Assembly: GCA_965217865.1 (NCBI GenBank)
Contig: CBDCJO010000002.1
Coordinates: 96,001 to 160,000 of the forward strand
Direction: 5' to 3'
DNA from: Candidatus Latescibacterota bacterium
GTDB taxonomy: Bacteria; Latescibacterota; UBA2968; SICM01
DNA length: 64,000 nt
Shown: positions 55,250 to 64,000 of the stretch, in pieces
Layout: each line of letters starts with the position of its first letter
How positions within the stretch are numbered: the first letter of the stretch is position 1
Made by a program: the position numbers and the translations under genes
Notes under the pieces: model-generated
Seen by the model: only the letters and a program-made list of their open reading frames with translations
What the model was told of the DNA's origin: nothing
Databases searched by the model: none

Positions 55250-56453
55250 CCTCCGCACCCAACTCAGGCGACTCATCAGCAACGAACCACGCCTGGCGGA
55301 ACGACTGGAAGTCCATTCGATCAACGCTGCCGGAGAGCACCTCTACAAGTCCCACTTCGGGCAGATCAATCTGGCGCCGCCAGAGTTTGTCCAAGAGTTG
55401 TTACGGGCCGCCAGCGAACGCGGAGAGAACCACAAGTTCAGTGGGCGATTCTTGCTGACCGAGTGGGAGCAGGTCGTTGATGCGTGGCAGTTGGACACCT
55501 GGGAGGCATATCGAGATGTCGTGCGCCTCGGCAGAAAAACGCGGCTCCCAGAGGCCCGGCGGGCAATCCTCTGGTCGATGTTCGAGCAGGTCCGCGCGGG
55601 CCTCGCCTCGCGGAACATGATCACGCGCTCCGAGATGTTCACGAAGTTGGCGAAAGCCGTTACAGAAAGTAGGAACCCGCCGTTTGACTTCACCGTGGTC
55701 GATGAGGCGCAAGATTTCGGCGTGTCCCACCTCCGGTTCTTTGCGGGGCTCTGCCGGCAACAGCCTGACGCGCTCTTCTTCGCTGGCGATCTCGGCCAGC
55801 GCATCTTCCAGCAGCCGTTCTCGTGGCTGGCCTTAGGCGTGGATATTCGAGGACGGTCGAAGACGCTACGGGTCAATTACCGCACTTCACATCAGATCCG
55901 GATGCAGGCGGACCGACTGCTCGGTCCCGAGGTGTCCGATGCCGATGGCAACAGGGAGGAGCGGCGCCATACCGTCTCCGTCTTCAATGGGCCGGTGCCG
56001 GAGATTCGAGTGCTGAGCAGCCAGGAAGAAGAAGTTGAACAAATTGGCCAGTGGTTGTCAGGACGTGAGAAAGACGGTGTAGCGCCCCACGAGTTTGGTG
56101 TCTTTGTGCGATCCGCCGCAGAACTGGACCGCGCGCGGTCGGCTGTGCAGCTCTCTGGACTCCCATTCAGTGTTCTAGATGAAAACGTCGCGACCACCAG
56201 CGGTCACGTCTCGATCAGCACCATGCATCTTGCCAAGGGGCTGGAATTCCGGGCCGTCGTTGTGATGGCCTGCGATGATGAAATCATCCCGTTGCAGGAG
56301 CGCATCGAAACTGTGGGCGACGACGCCGATCTGCAAGAGGTGTACGACACCGAGCGTCACTTGCTGTACGTCGCGTGCACACGAGCGAGAGATCATCTGC
56401 TTGTCACGAGCGTTGCCCCAGCATCGGAGTTTCTTGATGATCTGCGGGGGTGA
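55250..56453 (+). pseudogene. UvrD-like SF1 helicase lacking its N-terminus
   Basis: VDEAQD, GDLGQRI, NYRTS, TMHLAKGLEF, LLYVACTRAR; the ORF 5' end is an unrelated S9-peptidase fragment (PNFRGSSGYG). Confidence 0.8.
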
Positions 56454-56806
56454 ACCGTCGCGCTGCCGATGAAACCAATCCGGTGAAGCAGGTACTGGGT
56501 GGCCTCCTGTTCGGATACGTTAGGACCACGGATCAGTGGTGAGAGAGGCGTGGTTGCAAGCTGGGTTGGCGAAATTACCGAACTCCTTATTGTGGACGCG
56601 GTCAAGAGCCATTGTCTTTGAATGTTCCACCATCGGCAACCGGACGCATACCATGTCCGCATTTGTCCCGGCATCCGTCGAGCAAGCCGGGAAGCCGGGA
56701 AACTGTCTCACTATTATAGACACGGAGGGGAAGGTCGACTTTGAAAGTCACTAAAAAGACGTTGTGCGCCATGCCAGCCTTATCCACCGGAAAAGGATAG
56801 GCTAGT

Positions 56807-58557
56807 CCCTATACAAGCGTGAATTTTTCTTGGTTTTAGTAGAAAAAAGTTGAAATGCCCCAGTTTTCAGGCCTATAGTTGTAGTGTGAAAGACAAAAAG
56901 AGGCCATCAAAAAGGGGCATTTCAGATGAGAGAATACAGGAAGATTCTTCGGAACAGGGAAGCACGAATTGTCCGTCGTTTGCGTCGGAAGCAGTGGTGC
57001 AGTCAGGTCAAGCCTATGATGTCTGGGGGAAACATCCACTACGAGATAAGTGGGAAGGCCGAGGCGATCACGTGTGGGGAGATCGGCGCGTTTCACCACC
57101 TGGTCCGCAGGGTTGGGCTGGTGAAAGAGATTGACCGTCATCTTCATCTTTTGAAAGTGCATTTGCCCTGTCACGAATCAGACCACGTTCTGAACATCGC
57201 CTGCAATGCGCTGGTTGGTGGTCAACGCCTTGAAGACATTGAGCTGCGCCGGCAGGATGCCACGTTCCTGAACGCTTTGGGCGCTCAGCGTCTCCCGGAT
57301 CCGACCACAGCAGGCGACTTTACACGTCGTTTCCGGCCATCGGATATCGAGACGTTGATGGATTGCATCAACCGGGTGCGCACCCGGATCTGGAAAAAGC
57401 GCGCCAGGGGCGAACTCAAAGAAGCCCTCATCGACATCGACGGCACCCTGGCCACCACCCTCGGAGAACGCAAGCAGGGCATGGCCCTGTCATACAACGG
57501 TATCTGGGGATACCATCCTCTCGTGGTCTCTCTGGCGAACACCAGGGAGGTGTTGTTTCTTGTGAATCGACCCGGCAATGTGCCCAGCCACGACGGTGCC
57601 GTAAAGTGGATCGATCGCGCCATCGCGCTGGTCGCCCCTTTCGCCAAACGCATCTGCCTGCGCGCAGACACCGGCTTCTCACTCACCCGGCACTTCGATC
57701 GTTGGTCGGAAAAGGTCGACTTCGTCTTCGGCATGGATGCTTACAGAGGATTGGTCAAGATCGCCAAATCCCTGTCACAGAGCGATTGGGAGCCCTTTGA
57801 ACGACAACCCAAATACCAGGTCAAGACCTCCCAGAGACAGAAACGCGAGAACGTGAAAGCCCGGATCATCCGGGAGCGCGGCTTCAAAAACATCCGACTT
57901 GCCAGTGAACGTGTTGCCGGGGTTTCGTATCGTCCTGCTCGATGCAGGAAGACCTGTCGACTCGTGATCCTCGAAAAGAACCTGAGCGTCGAACGCGGCG
58001 AAAACGCCCTGTTCGATGACAAGCGCTATTTCTTCTACATTACCACCCGCAAAGATCTTACGGCCGCGGAAATCGTGAGGCTGGCCAATGGACGGTGCGA
58101 TCAGGAAAACGTGATTGAACAACTCAAGAACGGGGTCAACGCCATGCGGATGCCCGTCGACAACCTGATGAGCAACTGGGCTTACATGATCATGACCGCC
58201 CTGGCGTGGAACCTCAAAGCCTGGTTCGCGTTGATGATCCGAAAGCGTGAGCGTCGCGATCAACTTCTGAGAATGGAGTTTCGCGCCTTCCTCCAGAATC
58301 TGATCTGGATCCCTTGCCAGATCGTGACCCGGGGAAGACAGATCATCTATCGTGTCTTGGGCTACAACCGGTGGATGACTGACTTCTTCCCGGTCTGGAA
58401 CAGAATCAGATGGCTCAAACCGGCCTGACTGCCATGTCAGCACCTGTCGTCGTAACATCACAGGGACAAGTCCGTCCACCCCGGCTAAAACACGTCCGCA
58501 AACTCAGTTAATTAGACAATCGCATGCCGAAACAATCACAAAAACAGCCCAGACATC
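56807..58557 (+). mobile_element. IS1380-family element with full transposase ORF (56926-58428)
   Basis: Left end CCCTATACAAGCG; 500-aa DDE ORF; no matching right inverted repeat seen. Confidence 0.9.
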
Positions 58558-58572
58558 TGATGCCGAGTGAAC

Positions 58573-58660
58573 GAAAGGTGACGGTCACCGTGCCGTCCGT
58601 CGTAGCCGATCCGCTCGATGAGCAGTCGGAGGCTCCGCTCCTGCTCACGCGGGGCCGGTG
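58573..58660 (-). pseudogene. Fragment of a second serine recombinase C-terminus
   Basis: Reverse complement resembles 39830-39920 (LLIER.GYD..GTVTVTF). Confidence 0.7.
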
Positions 58661-58685
58661 CCGCCCGGCAGGGACAAGCGGAACA

Positions 58686-60302
58686 TGTCAACAATTTTGA
58701 GACACTGAAAGTTGGAATTCAGTGAAGTCTCCGGCCGTCTCCATAAGAGGTGTCATCGGCACCGTGGACCCCCGTGCAGGTATCGGGACCGAGTTCGATT
58801 TGGTATCACCTGGCGTAATAACGATTGGATCCTGCTGGGACTTATCCGAGATCCGGGGTGGATTGATCCAGACCTCGGAAGGCAGGTCGGTTGGGCAGCG
58901 GGGGACCCTGCACAAAACGTTCGGGGTGGGCGATATAGGCACGCCACAGGGTCTGTTCACGGGCGGCAAGGATTTCCTTGGCGTAGCCATAGTGCACAGA
59001 TTCCGGGGTCAGCAAACCCAGGCCTGAGTGGCGATGCCCTGTGTTGTAACAGGTGAAGAACTCATGGCAAAATGAACGGGCGTGTGCAAGCCCCCCGAAG
59101 CGTTCCGGGAAGTCCGGGCGATACTTCAAGGTCTTGAACTGCGCCTCGGAGTAGGGGTTGTCGTTCGACACGTGCGGTCGTGAGTGCGATTTGGTCAGCC
59201 CCAGATCGGCCAGCAGGAGTGCCACGGGTTTGCTGGTCATCGAAGCGCCTCGGTCAGTGTGTAGGGTCAATTGCCTTGGCACAACGCCTTGCTTTTTACA
59301 ACTCTCCTCGATGAGGCGCCTGGCCAGCGCCTCTTTTTCCAGGCGCGCGACCATCCAGCCGACGACGTAGCGGCTGTAGATGTCCAGGAGCACGTAGAGA
59401 TAGTAGAATGTCCACTTGACAGGCCCCAGCAGCTTCGTGATATCCCAGTACCACACTTGGTTGGGTGCCGTTGCCACCAGGCGAGGTACTGGATGGTTCG
59501 GATGTCTCAGCTGGTTGCGGCGTTCCCGGACTTCCTCGTGTGCCTTCAGGATGCGATACATCGTGCTGAGTGAGCAGAAATACAGACCTTCATCCAGCAA
59601 CTCGGCCCAGACCTGAGGAGGGGCTTTATCCATAAGCCGTTTGCAGTGCAACAGATCCATGACGACCTGCTGTTCGGGAGGGGCCAGGGCCCGATGTGAC
59701 CTGCGCTTTACCCGTGTGGTGGGGGCCTGCCGCCAACGATACAGGCTTGTCCGAGACACCGACAGCGTATCACAGGCAGGCGCCACCCAACTTTTCGGAG
59801 AGATCCTCTGCGGCCTGTATCAACCTCTGTCGTCTTGGTCGAGCTGGCTCAGGGGGATCCCCAGGAGCTCGGAGACTTTTTTTTGGATCTCCAGCATCGC
59901 CTCCGCACGCTGTAAGCGCCGCTTCAGGCGGGCGTCTTCCCGCTCCAGTTCTTTAACCCTGGGATCTTCCGGCTTTGCCTTGGGACCTCGCTTCTTTTTG
60001 GCAAGGCCTTCGAAGGTCAGGTTTGAGGAATACAGGCCTTCCCGTCTGAGAATAGCCCCAACCTCGCCGGAGGCCTTGCACTGATCGACTTCTTGGAGAA
60101 TGTGCAGCTTGTATTCTGTCGTGAAGCGGCGGCGCTTCGCCTTCTCCGAAACAGCCGGGTCCGGCACCGAACCGTCGGCGCCTGTGGCAGGATCTCCAGT
60201 CGCCCTACGGGCTCCTTCCGCACCGAGGAGGACCTGCCGCCCCTGCCTGGTGGAAAGCATGGAGGCCGGGAACGGCTTGGGTCGGGTCGTGCAACGGATC
60301 AT
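58686..60302 (-). mobile_element. IS3-family element (orfA 59820-60302, orfB 58842-59786), degraded
   Basis: RRRFTTEYK..ILRREGLYSS; WDITKL, HTDRG, NDNPYSEAQFKTLK; IRR TGTCTCAAAATTGTTGACA. Confidence 0.85.
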
Positions 60303-60334
60303 CCTACCGATTCACGGGGAAAGGAGAGCGAATC

Positions 60335-60706
60335 ATGTTTCAGAAGCTTGCGGTGTTGTTGGTTTATATGGTCTTGTCCGCATTATCCGGCCAGGCGTTG
60401 GCTCAGGACGGTTTGTACATGGGGATGGACCTGGGAGTCGCAATAGCTCCAGGCATGAGTGTGAGCGGTACGGATAATGACTGGAGCACCAAATGCGACA
60501 AAATCATCAACCCGACTCAGGCGGAAACCGGTGATGGCTGTTTTTTCCCGCCACCTCCATCGGCATGGGTGGATCAGGTGGGCGAAGGCAGTGGGGTTCT
60601 GACGGGACTCGCCCGCGGATATCGCCGGGGGAACTTGAGAGTCGAGGGGGAGTATTTCCTTCGAACCACGACCTATGATGATCGCTCCAGGACGCGTATC
60701 GGCGTT
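60335..60706 (+). pseudogene. Truncated paralogue of the downstream outer-membrane beta-barrel
   Basis: AQDGLYMGMDLGVAIAPGM...RVEGEYF.R.TTYDD parallels the 61216 ORF. Confidence 0.75.
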
Positions 60707-61215
60707 ATAGTATTTTACCCATTGTCATCATCACATGCAAGAGCCCGCCTGGTCGGGTCACCTGCTGAATACAAGAGCCATTTCCTACAGGGTATGGGGT
60801 AGCTGGGTGAACAGGCAGGACTTTCCCGCATCTCTCTTGCGTGATGGTGACGTGGCCCGGCATCCCCACCCAAAGGGTGTCAAAGGAAGTCACGTCGCGC
60901 CCACGGGGAGGGATGCCAATATGCAATCCTGGGGGTTAGCCTTAATCCGGCAAAAAAGCACCACAGATAATACCACATTATCACAGATCGGAGGACATAA
61001 ATACCCATGAATTGTAGGTAGAGACGAATCTGTTCAAGAGCGAAGACCCGAATGAAGGCCTATTTTTCACCTCATAGAATGTGGACTGGAGATTCCGCGG
61101 TCATATGTCCACTGAGCCCTGGAAAACACGTGTCATAAAGTGCCTAGACTTAGCCTGGGAATGCCGGATTGAGGTTAGCCCCTGTCTTCTAAACCAGCAA
61201 CCAGGAGGTGACATC

Positions 61216-62178
61216 ATGAAAAAAAACTTACTCGTGCTGATGGTGCTAGCGTTGGTGGTCTCCTCCGGCCCGGTATGGGCCAAGGACGGATTTTACATGG
61301 GAATGGACTTGGGCATTGCGGTGGCTCCGGGCATGGACATGGAGAGCTGGGATAATGATGTTCCAACTCAATGCGACGGGTTCATTAATAATGACGGGTC
61401 AGGGAATTATCTGGTGCCGCCGAGGAGAGATTGTACCCAGTCTAGTAGAGACGATTTCTCCTGGATTCAGCAGTTTGATGGAGGCACTGGCCTCTTGGCA
61501 GGGGTGGCCCTGGGGTATCGCCTGGGGAGTTTCAGGGTCGAGGGGGAATATTTCTATCGCGGCACGACCTATGATGACACGATCGATAACGTCCAGCTAC
61601 TACCGTCGGGGGAGCCGTTCCAGGGTGGTAAAGAAGGCGAACTCAGCTATACAGAAGCCGGGGTCGATGACGTGCTGTCGCACAACTTCTTCGCCAACCT
61701 GTACTACGACTACCGCTCGGACTCGAAGTTTATACCGTACGTGGGGTTTGGAGTCGGGGTTGGGCAGGTTTCCTTGGACTTCTTTAACCGATGGACGAGG
61801 AACTATGATGACCGCGACATCCCGACATTCACAAATGACAAGGATATTGAAGGTATTTCGGAGGCAGAACTTGAAGACCGCGAGCTTCTGAACCAGCGGG
61901 TCGCCGGGACGACTACCATCGGCAGGGCCAAGCTCTCGGATACGCTGTTCGGGTATCAGGCGATCGCCGGGGTGGATTATCGGGTCAGTGAGCCGGTCAC
62001 CATCGGGCTCAAGTTCCAGTGGGCGGATTTCGGTGAATTCGAGGATGGGGAAGAGTGGGATCAGCTCCGCAGTCATGAGTCCACTGTTAGACCGGGCGGT
62101 GCGCGGGTGCGATACACAGCGATGACGGAGGACATTCAATTCTGGGGCGTCAGCCTCAACATGAAGTATCAGTTCTGA
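61216..62178 (+). CDS. Outer-membrane beta-barrel protein (Opa/P44-like)
   Basis: AGGAGG RBS, signal peptide, FRVEGEY, ANLYYD, PYVGFGVG, YQAIAGVDY, terminal Phe. Confidence 0.85.
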   Translation: MKKNLLVLMVLALVVSSGPVWAKDGFYMGMDLGIAVAPGMDMESWDNDVPTQCDGFINNDGSGNYLVPPRRDCTQSSRDDFSWIQQFDGGTGLLAGVALGYRLGSFRVEGEYFYRGTTYDDTIDNVQLLPSGEPFQGGKEGELSYTEAGVDDVLSHNFFANLYYDYRSDSKFIPYVGFGVGVGQVSLDFFNRWTRNYDDRDIPTFTNDKDIEGISEAELEDRELLNQRVAGTTTIGRAKLSDTLFGYQAIAGVDYRVSEPVTIGLKFQWADFGEFEDGEEWDQLRSHESTVRPGGARVRYTAMTEDIQFWGVSLNMKYQF

Positions 62179-62207
62179 CCGGTAACTATGGAAAGGGTAT
62201 TCCCAGT

Positions 62208-62486
62208 ATGAGACACGTGTTGAGAGATGCCACAGGTGGATTTAAGTGCTTTCGCCGAGAGGCCTTGGTGGCTATTGATCTTGAAAGTCTTCATGCATCT
62301 GGCTATGCATTTCAGATTGAAGTTACAATGCGAATATGGAAGAAGGGATTCAGGATAAAAGAAATTCCTATCATATTTTATGATCGCACAGCAGGTGATT
62401 CAAAGATGTCAAAAAGAATCATGGGTGAAGCCATTTGGACAGTATGGTTGTTGCGCATCAAATCGATCTTTGGATTGTTGACTTAA
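62208..62486 (+). pseudogene. Polyprenol-phosphate mannose synthase (GT2) C-terminal fragment
   Basis: DATGGFKCFRRE, GYAFQIE, EIPIIFYDR..G.SKMS. Confidence 0.75.
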
Positions 62487-62811
62487 CAATGACATGCTCA
62501 ACCGGCCTCTAAAAATTGGTATGTCAATACAGAGGAATCCCTCGACATCAGTTCCATTTATCCCTGAAGGAAATAGAGTTCAGATTTAACCACGAAGACG
62601 AGGATCTCTTACCAACGTAAAGGACGAACTGTCTTTGAGGCCCATGGAAGACGATCAATGAGGATCCCTCTGCTGCCTCTTTGACGAGATCTATCCATTC
62701 TCCCGTATTGTGGTCTGTAATCGCAATGCCACAGCCTGGATTAAGATATGATCAGAAAAAATTGGCGATTGATTGGCTTAATAATTCTATTGATGGTTGT
62801 GCTTGCCATTC

Positions 62812-63630
62812 TTATACCACTTTGGACTGTCGGAAAGGTGATGCCTTTTTTCCACCAGATGATGGGCGTATTCCGGGTTTTGCTCCACTGGATAACCTGT
62901 TATCTTTAATTTGAGGTCGATTTTTGGGAACTACACACCCATCAGAATAAATCATAATTTCATGCCCAACAGAATGAGAATGAGCAAAATAGTTTATGCG
63001 AAATGTAGTTCTTACTTGATCTTTATATAGTTTAAGTATTTCTTGAGAGTTGTTATAAGAAATAATCCATTTGTAACCTAGCTGTCCTTTGATGAATTCC
63101 GCCAGCCTTGAATGGTCTTCCTTTTTATAGAAGTTAAGATATAGCGGGCTGCCTCTTCTGTAGTAAGGTGGGTCAAGGTAAACAAGAATCTTTGGATAGG
63201 ATTTGGCAAGTCGGCTTACCTTTTGCGTTAGAAATTCAATGGCGTCATTATTGTGAATTGATATTCTTGATTTATACAATGCGATTTTTTCTATTCTTTC
63301 AATGAGATCTATCTTATTGAATCTTGCTCCTAATTTCCATTCGCCAGATTGATTTTGACCCCCGATTGGTCCCGAATACAAAATACTTGATCGATTACAT
63401 CTATTTAAGAAAAAGGTGGCAAATCCAACTTGTAGTGAAGAAAATGATGATCTGTGAAAGAAAATATATTTTTGCTTACGCCATTCATCAATTGTAACAG
63501 GAGTATCATAGATCAATCTAACAAAATTATCTGTATTGCGAAGAATTGACTTCCAAAAGAGATAAATCGACCTATCAGCATCGTTAAGAATTATCTTTTC
63601 GACGTGTTCCGAATATAATAAATTAAGGTG
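62812..63630 (-). pseudogene. dam: Dam/D12-class adenine methyltransferase lacking its N-terminus
   Basis: ILNDAD, FFLNRCNRS, YLDPPYY, WIISY; SAM-binding motif region missing. Confidence 0.75.
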
Positions 63631-63679
63631 ATTGAGTAGATATTGGCACCAGCGTATATTAATAATATGCTGGTAATTA

Positions 63680-64000
63680 ATCCACTTAAGTTAGCAAATG
63701 ACTGCAAGATAAGTAGGGCCTATTTTCGTGCAGCCCGTTGGGGTGGAAAAAGGCGATGTCCAAGCTGCGATTATCAGCGCAGGTTGCCCTTATTAAAAGA
63801 CGATCGGTTCAGGTGTTCACGGTGTGGATATCGGTTTAAAGATTTCACGGGCACTTATCTTGAAAGGCTTCGAATTTCATTTGACGAGCTTGCCCATTTA
63901 CTTTATCTGTTTGTATTGGGAGTGCCCTCTTACCGATCCAGGCACTACCTGTCCGTATCGCTGAAAACGGCTCAGCGGATTTATACCACGTTTCGCCAGG
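63680..64000 (+). mobile_element. IS1595-like transposase 5' part (runs off the window)
   Basis: RW..RCPSC...RFRCSRCGYRFKDFTGT zinc ribbon. Confidence 0.6.

Noticed and set aside
55140-56453. Novel peptidase-helicase fusion
   Set aside because: Only about 30 codons of an S9 peptidase joined to a helicase lacking Walker A; a junction product

Overview
This window is a bacterial accessory region. Lower-GC flanks (a DUF1854/HlyD/CYTH block at the left, GT2 and dam remnants at the right) enclose about 60 kb of defence and mobile DNA, much of it gene fragments joined abruptly. The clearest intact system is a type I restriction-modification operon (26871-36046): hsdM, an HNH-like gene, a HEPN RNase, an MNT nucleotidyltransferase fused in frame to HsdS, an HNH nuclease and hsdR. 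A HEPN/MNT toxin-antitoxin pair is therefore wired into the specificity subunit, and this is the best candidate for an undescribed system. Other notable items are a dispersed non-coding repeat family whose arms (A, B, C) are reassorted at a TGGGGAGCC core near a DUF2924/large serine recombinase module, and a type I-E CRISPR array (14 repeats) fused to a truncated cas3 on one side and a truncated type III res gene on the other. The window also holds integron attC-like sites without intI, an intact TM0106-type nuclease-helicase, a DUF1156 methylase with a frameshifted endonuclease, and many IS remnants (IS256, IS1380 x2, IS1182-like, IS3, IS630, IS110, IS1595). All family calls come from motif recognition by eye; no searches were run. 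Assembly or amplification chimerism and indel errors cannot be excluded as causes of the fragmentation.
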